A stretch of DNA of 60,618 bases, counting the filler, from Hausera hauseri (taxonomy: Eukaryota): NCBI GenBank assembly GCA_046269625.1. It is 11 parts of 11 records of this genome, joined end to end, with 100 filler letters (N's around TTAATTAATTAA, not from the genome) between each part and the next. Parts side by side here need not be neighbours in the genome. Positions count along the whole stretch, not along the records: positions 1 to 4,156 come from JBJURY010730656.1; positions 4,257 to 10,053 come from JBJURY010187860.1; positions 10,154 to 14,562 come from JBJURY010595667.1; 8 more parts are not named here. One strand, written 5' to 3'. Both the position numbers and the translations under genes were made by a program. Shown piece by piece: positions 1 to 11,456 of this stretch. The notes beneath the pieces are model-generated. The model saw only the letters and a program-made list of their open reading frames with translations. It had not been told where the DNA came from and did no database searches. How positions within the stretch are numbered: the stretch's first letter is position 1; each line of letters begins with the position of its first letter.

Positions 1-598
1 GAAATTTGTTGTAATGGTAATTGGTTAATCTAGCTTCACGTAATAAATTATTAGATATTAAAATTAAACTTATTGGTTTTAGTTGCAGTCGGTTGAACTA
101 CTATTGTTATTAAGCACACAGTTTTAACATGAGCAATCGAAGGATAAAATCGATTTTAATTAAAAACTTAATCGACCAGGTGACAGAAAGAATACTGATA
201 ATCTCACGCACACAAACACGAGACCAATTAACCGAACAATGAAATCTCAGTTTCGATTTGTTATAGAATTTTCTTCGAAATCACAAATGTTAACCGACAG
301 AAATTCGTATTCTTTGTTAAAAATTCATAATACAAATCGACTGTTTTAAAGCTTTATTGTCAAATTGTTACAAATTTAAATACAATTAAAGTGATTATTT
401 TTGCCATAACAAAAAAAACATCTCAAACGCAGTTTGAAAGCGCAAAATTACACTGTCTAGGCTCATAAGTAAACCTTCGGTTTGTTTTGAGTGCACTGAG
501 TAGAGAGAGGAAGATTATATCCAGTGGGTGTTTAAGAAATAATGCAGAAATAAAAAATGTATGAATACCGATACAAAAAAATCAAAGACTAAAACTCG

Positions 599-2130
599 TC
601 ACTCATTTTTCTCATTATTCTTGAAATAGAGGAAGAGAAAATTAAACACCAAAACACCAATCATGAAAAATTCAGTGGCATAGTACGGATATGCTGAATC
701 TCTCATACTGTGTGTGCATCAGCGTTTGATAGACATTTGAGTTGAACTGAACAAATGAGTGTATCCCACTTGATGATAGTCCACGAGGAATTTGAATACT
801 TCATAATCATCGGGCAATTTGAAATCCAAATAGAATTTGCCATCTGTTGGAAATTAATTTGATTTCTCACTAGATTCTGTCGTACAAATGGATCAATTCG
901 CACAAATTCCAACTGGATATCGTTGGCAACAAATGGGGACTAACCGCCGTCTTGTTGCAATTCTTCAATGGATATTTCATAATGCACCATGCCCGTTTTC
1001 GTATATTCCCGCGGATTCTCTGATCAACAAGACAAATTGCGAGTCACATTCGACACCCTTCTCCTTGAACATCCGTTGATTCTGCACGGGCGAATTCAGC
1101 ATTATCCGACGGTGGGTGTCTGTGGACAATTTCCAGTTAATTTGATACGCGTAACAACAATTTTCGTGAACTTCCCCGATGATGGCACGTGGAAAATTCA
1201 TCAGAAAAATCCAATGAACCGACGAATGGTACTCCTGCATTATTGCAGGCCTGAAGACCGGTAACGATTAGTGTATTTCGTCCAATAGTATTTGGATAAT
1301 CATTAACAGGTTTGTCTAGATTGAGTGAATACGATGAAGACGGTCCCCATAGTAGGTTGATAATCAAAAGATTATGTTCTTCTGCAGAAATTCTGAAATT
1401 GAAAGTCATGGTGTAAAAATGTTTTAAAAGCATTATTCAATCACATTTCTACCGAAAATCCAATGAACTCAAATGTAAATAAAAATTAATAAAACAAAAC
1501 CGAATTATTCAAATCTAAAATAAAAAGTCAATATCATGTCGCCGAAATCAATTCAACAATCTTTAAGTGTTCTTAATTAAATAAATGAAATATTTCTCAA
1601 AAAAGGATCGATTGAAATTTAATTGAGTAATGAACAAGGAAAGTAACATAAACGTAACCGACTCCACGAAACAACAGCGGAAAACGACTTTCTCGACGAT
1701 AACTGGGACATCTGCTTCGTTTTCCGGGACAGAAGTAATCAACGTATATTACAGAAATTTTTTGTTCATTCTAATTATCATCTTTCCTTCATACATTAAA
1801 CCGTAATAATGATGATCAATCACATTCATTTTTTCCTCATCAAATTCCACGCCGCATTCACTTCCAAATTCTGGGATGTTCTCATCAATTTTCAAACTGG
1901 TCGTTACCAAAATATTTCCACTGGCATCAACAAATGTTTTCAATGCTTCTATGTCAAATTTTCCCTCAAATTCTAAATGAAATATTTATCTTATTCCATA
2001 AAAATTATTCAATACTACTTATAACTGACAGTTCAAATACGGCGACATTCTGATAAAGGTATTCACCAGATTTATTTAAAACTAAAGTTGAATGGTCGGC
2101 CATTTTGAAAGATAATTCATGGCCTTTTTT
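599..2130 (-). pseudogene. DDOST: Oligosaccharyltransferase 48 kDa subunit (DDOST/OST48/WBP1), intron-containing, disrupted copy
   Basis: Collinear minus-strand peptides match OST48: [126 protein letters not shown] plus a C-terminal TM ending at TGA 599-601. There is an in-frame TAG at the conserved Trp (GG*SPF) and several frameshifts. Confidence 0.88.
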
Positions 2131-2599
2131 GAACTTAAAATCACATTTCGCTTAATAAACAATTTTAAAAAACCTCGCAGACTTGAAAAAAAAACTGAGT
2201 TTCCCCGGTTGGTAAATTTTCCAATAATACCAGAGTTTTAACACAAAATGAATATGACACTAGATAATTCAAAATCAGACAGACCACTTTCATTTTGCTT
2301 AAATTTCTGCCAACAAAACGAAAACATGTATATGTATAAACAAAAGTATGTTGATAATTTTATTTGGACGAAATTATACAGTGTCCCTTGAAAAAGAATT
2401 ACATTTTCTGAACCATTAAATTTTCGGATGTAACATTTGTTAGAAGACATATTTATATAAATACCTCATTGAACCTTAAATTATGACAAAAACCTTTAAT
2501 CATGTTTCACCCCTTATAATAGCCTTGGACGTAAACTAATCATTACTGAGCAAAAACAAAAAAGATAATTAAACATGATATATTACAGGAAATGCTGTT

Positions 2600-2700
2600 T
2601 AAAAATATCAACCCGTTGACCAAGATGAAAACAACAGGCTACAGGATCTATTATTCTTAGATGTGTTTATAAAGAGGAAAGTTGGAGAAGAGACGGGCTG
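2600..2700 (+). mobile_element. Short relic of a Penelope-like reverse transcriptase
   Basis: ENNRL...FLDVFIKRK resembles the E.N..LPFLDV.I motif of Penelope RTs; short and degenerate. Confidence 0.35.
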
Positions 2701-3589
2701 ATTGAAAAATGTGTCTTTATGGTCTGTAGAACCGTAATGCCGAGGGCATTATTTATTCATTGACTTGGCTCGGCAAGCCAGGTCTGAGACTTTCTTGGAA
2801 AAGTAGTACATACAGGTGATTGGGTCTTTTTTACCTTTTAACGATAGCAGTGACCTTTGTTTACCTGAAGGATTACAGGTGGTTTATAGGTAAGGTACAG
2901 GCTGTTGTTGACGGGATTAATACATAGAACAACATAAACTGGGTTATATTAAGATACATGTGGATGATGAGTGGCGGTGGTGTTGTGGTTATTATACTCA
3001 CTCGTCCATCGCAAGGCCGTGGATTCGACCTTCAACAATGACATTCGTTTTCAGCCAAAACGATTTCGGGGCTCCCCAAGCCTCAAAAATTGAGTTGGCA
3101 AAGAAATCCTCAGGCGAAAATAAGGGCGGCGTGGTGTCGTGCTTGCCATAATAAGGTATTTTGGTCAAACAGTTTAGTGTCGTCGAAATATCAGCATCTT
3201 TGCACACGGATGTGTATCCGTTAAGGCCACCATGTTCCTCTAATACTTCTGTAGGTACGAACTGGGAATAATGCACGGAGGGCTTTAGAAATTACTGGGA
3301 AAAATGAGAAATAGAAATTGCAGAGTGTGTGACACCCGTACAAATTTCTCTTTTAAAGTAATCCTTGTGTCTCTAATTCAATACTTTTATATTTAGGCAC
3401 AGGCTATTTAAGGCCAAGGATGGAAACCGTAGCATTAATAATTGTCCACCACGCCTTGTGGCATCTTATAGAACACCAACATTGCTCCCCGCTTCTCTCG
3501 ATCTGAAGCTATACTTTGTATAGCTGTGTTGCATGTTGTTCATCTCTACATTCCCTGTTCTTCTCCAAGGACAACTAGAGAGCAGCAAA

Positions 3590-3690
3590 ATTGTTAAGAC
3601 AATTGCTGTGGTATTCGTACTTGGTCATGCAAGAATCATGGGCAACGAGAATTCGGATCAATTGGCGAACATCGTAGATGTGATGCAGGG
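3590..3690 (+). mobile_element. RNase H C-terminal fragment of a non-LTR retrotransposon
   Basis: VVFVLGHARIMGNENSDQLA matches the W(V/I)PGH.GI.GNE.AD.LA RNase HI motif. Confidence 0.65.
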
Positions 3691-3863
3691 GCCCCCATCG
3701 ATGGAACAATACAAATATCTGTCCGTCCAAACTGCAGAAGTAAAGTCATTTGACGAAAGCAACCGGATCCTAATAGCGACAGCATCTAGATCCAAAATAT
3801 AATCTACAAAAGGCACTGAACAGTTAATATCTAAAGTAAATCGGAAAGCAGTGTTTTATCAAA

Positions 3864-3976
3864 CCCATGTTAATGTACGGCTGCGAATCTTAGAAACTGA
3901 GTAAAAAAATTAGAGAATTCTTTAAAATCAGCAGAGGCGTGGTTTCTCAGGAGAATGTTGAAAATCGCGTGGACAG
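3864..3976 (+). mobile_element. RTE-clade LINE ORF2 C-terminal fragment
   Basis: PMLMYGCES*KL..KLENSLKSAEAWFLRRMLKIAWT matches the RTE post-RT motif P.L.YGCE.W...E.W..RRML.I.W. Confidence 0.7.
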
Positions 3977-4156
3977 TTAGTTAGTCGTCGATAGGCGTTA
4001 CGATCTCGGCTTCATAGCAAACGAGTTGCCCCATAATTGCTCAGCCGCCCGGGCCAGTAGCAGTCACACAGAAAATCGATCACTGTCCCACACGAAATAC
4101 ACTGAAATTCCAATCAGAAGTCTCGGGAAACCACCGCATCGAAAAGCTGCACACAG

Positions 4157-4256
4157 NNNNNNNNNNNNNNNNNNNNNNNNNNNNNNNNNNNNNNNNNNNN
4201 TTAATTAATTAANNNNNNNNNNNNNNNNNNNNNNNNNNNNNNNNNNNNNNNNNNNN
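4157..4256. other. Artificial contig-joining spacer (first of ten)
   Basis: N44-TTAATTAATTAA-N44, with stops in all six frames. Identical spacers lie at 10054-10153, 14563-14662, 20254-20353, 24302-24401, 30427-30526, 35021-35120, 39920-40019, 46289-46388 and 56135-56234. Confidence 0.98.
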
Positions 4257-4409
4257 CACAGTGCATCATGTGTGCTACCGATTGCACCCGGTGCCGTGCC
4301 CCAATAATCAATATTAGGAATATCGGAAATCCGATATTATTGATTTTTGCACACTTGCACATGTGATGCGCACCTGTACTGTGCACCAATCGATGCGCAC
4401 AGATGTACA

Positions 4410-5714
4410 CTATCGATTAGCACTTTGTCCCGATAGATTCGATGAATACTGCAGTGTGCAGCGATTGATTCTTAAAATGTGCAAAAAATGGGCAATTCTA
4501 AAATATCTGAAAATTTTCGGTATGGGATTAGTAACTTCTTTTCTAGAACCGCTTTTTTTATACTGGATTGCGATTAATTTGTTCCCTATGGATTCCCATT
4601 CGGTAATCTGTTTTTGGCGTATTCCTAGTTGCAACGAGGCGTATTTTTCTTCTACTATACCATCCAATACAATGGGAACAATTAAACCGTTTCTCATAAT
4701 CATCAGGAGTATTGCATTAACATGTATTTTATCTATTCTAAAATCCGGAAGTACTCGCAGTAATTCTTTCATTAAGCCGTTGCTTTTTATAGAATCAGTT
4801 TGAGTGGAAACAGTCATGGAATTAGCAACATTCCATTTTCGTTTTTTTGTTACTTTAGATGGTAGCTCTTCAAATATTGGTTCCATTACTTCAAACTCTT
4901 CTTCCTCATCTGATGTCTTGGGCTTTAATATTTTAGTTTTATTTGCTTTCGCTACTGTGACCTGCACGTCATATCGCCATTGCAATCCTGCAATATATTT
5001 GGTTTCACGATTTAAAATATCTCCAAAATCACTAATATTATTATGAAGATCTGGGGGTACCCACTCATACGTCTCGGTTAACTTTTTGTGAGCTTCCATT
5101 GTGAGCTGTAATCGTCCAATAGAGTTACTGGGAAATTTGGTTAACTTCAAAGATTGTATCATTTGGTTTAAGGTTTTGATTCTATTATCTATGGTAAATT
5201 CGGCACATTTGAGAGAATCAAAAATGGCACAAGTTCTATTTAATGGGATACATAGAGCATTAAAAGTTTTGTGGGCCTCTAATGCTATTATCTTGTATCC
5301 AAGTATATACTTCTCAATCTCCTTTTGCACCAAGTGAGAGTCCATTCCGTTCTCTATTTGTTCCCATGTTATAGTATGTCGAATACTATTTAAGTTATGA
5401 ATGTTCCTTCGAGGTGTAATACTTTGATTAAAGATAACTTCTCCAGATTTTTCCGCTATGATTATTTCGATTGGCAACTGAACCTGCAATCCATTTCATT
5501 TGTTTCCGTAGGCAAACGACACCACAAGGTATCTGGTACTACCGGATTTATGGGTGTATATTATGTTCGGTTCGTCTGACAATTCTCTATTTGTTGGTTC
5601 GACCGTATATTTCAATAGTGACAAGGACGGGAGTTGTCTTTCTTTTCTAAAAATTTCTATCATTCCGATATTTATTATCTCCTTAACGATGAATCGTGCA
5701 TGTTTGGGATCCAC
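4410..5714 (-). pseudogene. Retroelement accessory region with a DEDDh (REX4/ISG20-like) exonuclease fold lacking catalytic residues, copy A
   Basis: RYLVVSFAYGNK*...PIEIIIAEKSGEVIFNQSITPRRNIHNLNSIRHTITWEQIENG...VQKEIEKYILGYKII...FNAL...IFDSLK follows the REX4/ISG20 pattern; internal TGA at about 5496. Confidence 0.6.
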
Positions 5715-6124
5715 AAGATAATTAATTTAGCAGGATTTCTGGCCGGTAATCGTTTCTAGGCTATTCTTTCGTCCTTTTCTCCTCTAAATATCGCCATAAT
5801 TTTCCCAATAGCGACATGTATCGTTATTCCAATGTTATCTCCGGTCCACTGGGGAAATTTAAATGTAGTTTCTAAGTTAAATATTTTAAATAGGAGAATC
5901 TCCCGGTTTCGTTGTTTTCCATATTTCAGTACATTTTGGTATCTTTGTAACTTATTTCATTCTGTCCATTGAGTAATCTAAGTGTGCTATAATCTTGTCG
6001 TAAAAGGAATATGTCATATTCCTTTTGGCGGTACTGAGTCTTCTTATATATTTCTGTTCATCTTTCTTGTTTATCGGAATCTCATCTGGTAGTTTGAAAG
6101 TGTTTTTTCCTCCGAATTTCAGGG

Positions 6125-8070
6125 CTAAATTCGTCGATTGATTGATTCCGGATTCCGGAGCTTGATTACATAAATTTTTGACGTGGTTTTTAGTGCGTCT
6201 TGCTGAGGTTGCGTATCGCGTTTATACTCCTTTAAATCTAATATTATTGGCCGACTAATCAATTTTCTAAAATTCTTGATTATATTCTCATTGGTTATTA
6301 ATTTATGAATTGCATAAACTAATATGATTGGTCCAAGCAACATGCTAGATACGAGTATGTAGTTCATCATATGTTCTTTAAAATAACTACCAAAGTCCTT
6401 ATTAACTATCCTCAAAACCAAGATAGGTACAAGATAAAACGTGGTACGTGTTGCTTCACTTCTACTCTCTTCATTATTTGGTATTGGGCCTGAAATAGTG
6501 TGCTTTCCAATTTCATTTTGTTCGTAATTTCCACTTAACCATAGACACCGGTGATTTCTTCGGATAATAGAGAATTGAGACTCATTAGGCATTTTCTTTC
6601 TACATTTGGGTTTCTTGTCTAATGCGACTAACATCATAAGAATTACACCAATACTTGCTATTATGACGAAAATCCACCAATATTGTAAGATATACGTTTA
6701 GTAGTTCTAGTCGTAGTCGTGGTTACTTTCCATTTTTCATCGTCATCATTGTATCTTATGTGACGGTATTGGTCTATTGCTGGCTTTGTTTTTATGGCTA
6801 AAATTTTTGAGTTATCCGGAGTTTCTATCTTTACTAAATAGTTGGTATCTGGTGTTAGTTTTTCGCAGAATGTTTCGTTCATGTATTTTATTTTGAAATA
6901 TTATCTCAATTCGGTCCGTATAGGGCGTTAATTTAAAATTTATTGGGAATTCTTTCATACATTTTCCATAAAATACATGTCTATTTATTTTTGGTTTCAA
7001 CTTATATGACCGCTGATTTTGTAGGTTGAGCTTGACCTGATTGAACTGATCTTGTGATTTGAGCTTAAGCTGATTGAACTGATTGATCTGATTTCCTCTA
7101 CACTTAATAGTGGACGCCGTCCATAAGTCCGGTGTTATCATCTGTTTTACAGATTTAGGAGAAGTCATAGTCTGCTTGGCGAAAGTTGGGATAGGTGTTT
7201 TTTTACCGAGAAAAGAATTGGAATACGGTAAGAATAAACTCTAATTGAGCGTCTCATTATACGCTGGCGGATTTTGTACCAAATATATGGATATATGGTA
7301 CAACACGAACGAGTGTCGTTTCTCTTAAGATAACAATAATGTGGTTGTGCTATTGATGTAGAAACTGGATCAAACCATATGCTGATTTCGTATTCGCTGG
7401 GTAGTAGTTGCGTGGTGCGGAAATTCATACAAGGAATTTGTGCTGTTAGATTGATACCTGAAATTTCAATACCATGTTCAAGAAATTGAGCAATAAAAGG
7501 GTCAGGTTGGAATACATCGGAAGTTTCTAATATGGTCATCTCCTGATAACTAGGAACATGAAGGATCATATTTGGTTCCCAAATAATAGTATGCGTATCG
7601 TTAGCTTTCAATATCACATAATAGGTGTGAGTAATTATGTAAGTGACGGAACAGCATACGTTATTATGCATCTCAATGATTGTACAAACAGAGATATTGT
7701 GTTTTGATATAAAGACAAAATCGACCGCGTGGTGCATCATTATCCACATGTGAGTCCGAAGGCAAATACTGGGTTTATATTTGTCAATTCGGGCGATCGT
7801 AGCACGTTTAATTAATTCAGTGTTGGTCGCAGGTGTTTTATCGCGATTGGTATCCGCAATAGTTAATAAAAATGCCATAAAAATGAATAAAATGATGCCC
7901 AAGTGTTTATTCAAATTGAGGTGAACTGGGTAACGTTCTGAGGCACTTATATGGTGAGTTTTAAGCAAAGCTGCTATTTTAGGTTCCTCAGTTGGGGGTG
8001 ATTCTAATTCTGTCTCTCGTATAAATTCGTTGTATGATATCGGTGCTCGAGTGACACGTTGAACCGACAC
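6125..8070 (-). pseudogene. Retroelement-encoded membrane protein region (signal peptide, Cys repeats, FN3-like motif, TM helices), copy A, frameshifted
   Basis: Hydrophobic signal HLGIILFIFMAFLLTIA; two C..(F/R)T...C...CC repeats; CEKLTPDTNYLVKIET; a Thr-rich stalk; TM segments. Homologous to 21876-23780. Confidence 0.65.
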
Positions 8071-8100
8071 GATATAGTTCATAATTTTCGGTAGAAGATT

Positions 8101-8573
8101 CATTCGTGGAGAATGCACGAACCATCCAAAATCTACCAATTTCAGATTGTAATCATAATTGATGAGCAAATTTCCATGGTTTACGTCGCGATGTATAACG
8201 CCTTTTAAATGACAATACACGAGTGCTTCACATAGAGTAGCCGATATCTGACCGAACCACGCACACTTAGGGACCAGAAAAATTCGAATATCATCATCAA
8301 ACCAAGTATTTAATTATAAAATATTCTGATGGGATAATTTAGTCATAATATTTATCTCACAAAAACTGAAGTTAATAGAATTATTCTCATAGTATGATTT
8401 TTTGAACATAACCTTCACTGCACAGATGAATCCTTTTTTGATTGTCTCAGCCAAAAACCATGACCAAATTTCCCAGTACCCAACAAACTTCCAACATAAA
8501 AATTATCTAAACTGTAGCTTGAACGTAAATTCTCAGTAACTGACGGTTGAAAAATATCAATATCCAAATTCAT
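8101..8573 (-). pseudogene. Aurora-family kinase 5' fragment (N-lobe to DFG motif)
   Basis: MNLDIDIFQP..YSLDNFYVGSLLGTGKFGH, FICAVKVMFK, EINIMTKLSHQNIL*, LCEALVYCHLKGVIHRDVNHGNLL..LKLVDFGWFVHSP. DFGW.VH.P is Aurora-typical. The fragment has a frameshift, a stop and an internal deletion, and is truncated after the DFG motif. Confidence 0.85.
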
Positions 8574-8620
8574 CCGAATTATATAACAAGTAAATGGCGC
8601 TTTAAAAATTCAAATTCTAG

Positions 8621-8935
8621 TGGAGAATCGGATATAGATTTTTACTGTCAGTGGCTTTGAGTAAACTCCTGTTGTTACCCTTTGCCTTAACAATGGACAT
8701 GTTTTTGTTGAACGTTTACAATGGTTCTGTACTTGTGGACAAAATGAATAAGTACTGGTGGGAATTACGGTATAAATATCCAGGTCTCATACCACCAATT
8801 CCACGATCTGATGATGATTTCGACCCTGATGCCAAATATCACATTGCAATGGGTATTTCTTATATTCGGTACTTTGTCAGCTTCATTCTCCAGTTTCAAT
8901 TTTATGAAGCTATGTGCAATTTGAGTAATCATAAG
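8621..8935 (+). pseudogene. Angiotensin-converting enzyme-like (peptidase M2) internal exon fragment
   Basis: ESDIDFLLSVALSKL..LPF, WWELRYKYPGLIPPIPRSDDDFDPDAKYHI...SYIRYFVSFILQFQFYEAMC are hallmark ACE C-terminal motifs. An AG acceptor precedes it at 8619-8620. No HEXXH exon is present. Confidence 0.9.
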
Positions 8936-8989
8936 TATTGGTCAAAATATGATGATATTTTAATATGAATATTCGACTGTCTCGTTTTT

Positions 8990-9797
8990 TCCCTTAAATG
9001 ACATTATAATTATATCAACACATTTATCATCCAATTTCTTCACGGAATCGGATTCGGGCGACGTTTCCAAATATTTCTGTGCACGAATACTTTCCTCCTC
9101 GAGTTTCTGTTTAACATACATCATATATTTACAGACACCGTGAGTCATGAGGTATTGACAAGTTTCTTTTCGATAAAACTGTTCCGTATGTTCAAGATAT
9201 GCCTTTTCAAATTTCTCTTGATATATTGAAAGCTTCGATTCGGATTTTATCGACAAGTTTACATAAGACTCTCTAACTCCAATCACAAGCTGACTATCTA
9301 TAACGGCACCATTCCGCTCCTCGAGAATAAGTTTCATTGCGGTAGCTTGGAGTTTCTGATTTATTTGTTGGAAAATAGTATTGTTCCATTTATCTAACAT
9401 CATCTTTCGAACAATGCCAATATTTTTATTTCGTTTCTTTGAATTACTGATATTATTTTTACCGGCTAAATGATTATCCAACGAACCAAATGGTTTTGGC
9501 AAATATACACACTGAACAAAAAATTTCTGCCATTCATGAAAGAACGACCGCAACAACGCTGATTCACCTTGGTTTTGTTTTACTCTCTTTTCAGATTCCG
9601 AAATCGATTTAATAATTATTCCTAACGTTTCTTTCCTTTTACTGGCAGACTCTTCATGCCACATCGTCACTATATGAACATTAAAAATGTATCTTGCCAT
9701 TCTCTTTGACTAACATTTTTTGATTTAAAATATTACTTACTACAGCTCGAATTTCAGGCCATTTCTTATCAAAAGTATAATTTTCAACTGCATCCAT
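8990..9797 (-). pseudogene. CUL5: Cullin-5 N-terminal fragment (about 270 codons, one frameshift near 9685)
   Basis: MDAVENYTFDKKWPEIRAVV, EWQKFFVQC.YLPKPF, IVRKMMLDKWN, DSQLVIGVRESYVNL, FEKAYL..TEQFY and RAQKYLET are CUL5-specific. The fragment starts at ATG 9797 and ends long before the cullin homology domain. Confidence 0.9.
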
Positions 9798-10153
9798 TTT
9801 TAGCCTGCCCAGTAGTATCTCCAGCAACTGGTTAAACTGTAGATGCTGCTCAAATCCTCGAGTCGGAAGATCGGGGCCCGCCTATGGACCCGACGCGGCG
9901 ACAACGGACGCCCGGCCGTGCCCAACCAAATGGGCCAAAGGGCACCGGCCGCAGTGGTCACCACACACGCCTTCATACCTATTGGGTCCTTTTTGAATAA
10001 AAAGTGTTTGCGGACGCACATCAACAACTTTGTACGGTCCTTGACCAGTACGTNNNNNNNNNNNNNNNNNNNNNNNNNNNNNNNNNNNNNNNNNNNNTTA
10101 ATTAATTAANNNNNNNNNNNNNNNNNNNNNNNNNNNNNNNNNNNNNNNNNNNN

Positions 10154-11293
10154 CTTTCAGTATGCCTGCTATAATGTTCACACTGGGACCAGATAGTTGG
10201 CCATATTTGCGTGGTGCTTATATCAGACTAATACAGTCGATGTCTGTGAGTATTGACCGAGTGTCATTAATCATACTTAATTCTATATATATATCTAGTG
10301 GAAGGTTCGTTTGAGTCTGGCATCGTCGATTCATCACGTCTTTGAGATATTCAAATTTAACAAGAATGCCCTGGAAGATATTATTTGGGCGTATAAAGAA
10401 TTTGATAAAGACGTCGATGAAGTGAAAGTTGGCCTTATCTCTAACATATCCGATTTCTTTTTGTCATTGCCAATTTATAAGTATCCCGAAGTGTTCGAAG
10501 ATTTCAGTGACCTCGTTCATATCGAAAGCAATAAAAACTGGCGGTACCGTGTCACATGTATGGAACAACTGGAACTCGTCGTGGCGAATATCGATTTGCC
10601 AACCCAGTTGGATAAAACCGTCTTCATATCTGTTATGAAAAAGCATTGGTTGCCTGTCATCTTTGAATTCTCGGGAAATGAGGTGTTTTCCGTTCGAGTT
10701 GCTGCTCTCAGCACGGTATGTTCATTTCTGTTTGAATAGAAATGCACACGCGGTAGTATTTGGGTGATTACATTCTTCATCTTGATAAACTTTCTTCTAC
10801 ACTCTTCTTATATTCCTTCAAGTCTCTTATAAATCGCGTGTGTCATCGTCTATTAATGTGGTCATCATTTCACCCTTTCGTTCATTGCAGATGCTCAACA
10901 TTCTTAAGAAAATGGTGCTTTGGAAATCGGATATCGAAGCTCGACCGTATGAAACAGAATTCACTTGTATCATCGATCAAATTATCGAAAAGCTTCTCTT
11001 GTTTTCTGACTCCAGACGTTGGTATATGCGACAACTGTATTTGCAGAGTTGTATCAAGCTCATCACCATGATTATACTTCCAACGGAAAACATTTCCAAC
11101 TCCATGATGCCAAAGTACCTCCGTCTTTGTATTTCCGATAGCGTTCCAAATAATCGAATGATTGGTGGCCAAGGTCTCATGGTTATACTCGAACATGGTA
11201 ATAATGGTATTTTTATTGATACGTTGGTTATTTATTAGTTATATCTACTATTAATGATTTAGTGATTGTCCTGGGGGACACCTCGTCAACCTG
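10154..11293 (+). CDS. PPP4R1: Serine/threonine-protein phosphatase 4 regulatory subunit 1 (HEAT repeats), 3' part, multi-exon
   Basis: FSMPAIMFTLGPDSW, WKVRLSLASSIH, KDVDEVKVG, NWRYR..EQL, VFSVR, W..RQ and DSVPNNR. In-frame GT-AG introns at 10246-10298 and 10716-10890, and probably 11207-11262. The 5' end is cut by the contig edge. Confidence 0.8.
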
Positions 11294-11456
11294 AATATTC
11301 TTCAACTTCTTTCTTTACTCCATTATGTCATTCTTGTCATTTCCAATTAACCATTACAAACATATGATCTTCTTTCGTACTTTTTGATCAATCGTTTTAA
11401 TTTGATAGATTATTACTCTCGAATACCTCCTTCAGGCAAATTTATATCCATATATA

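Larger units (their letters stand above)
8072..9964. mobile_element. 1.9-kb insertion carrying captured host gene fragments, flanked by direct repeat ACACG
   Basis: ACACG occurs at 8067-8071 and 9965-9969. Removing the insert and one repeat restores GAA GGC GTG TCG GTT CAA (E-G-V-S-V-Q), matching E-A-V-S-V-Q in the uninterrupted copy near 23790. Confidence 0.75.
4410..10053 (-). mobile_element. Degenerate Gypsy-type retroelement, copy A: integrase GPY tail plus long accessory coding region, interrupted by a 1.9-kb insert
   Basis: 10053-9965 encodes RTGQGPYKVVDVRPQTLFIQKGPNRYEG and the frame resumes at 8070 with VSVQRVTRAP. ORFs 7165-8070, 6812-7168, 6661-6882, 6125-6637, 5496-5714 and 4410-5489 are collinear homologs of the ORFs at 20354-23930. 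Confidence 0.85.

Noticed and set aside
2998-3276. 92-aa ORF and the neighbouring 24402-24900 ORF fragments as genes
   Set aside because: No recognisable motif or homolog in the window; a call cannot be supported.
4157-4256. Recurrent TTAATTAATTAA palindrome inside N runs, and ORFs ending in X...LIN
   Set aside because: This is an artificial six-frame-stop linker. Adjacency across the spacers has no biological meaning.
7165-8220. Functional receptor kinase
   Set aside because: Only kinase subdomains VI-VII are in this frame, the catalytic-loop Lys is lost, and the junction coincides with an insertion boundary.
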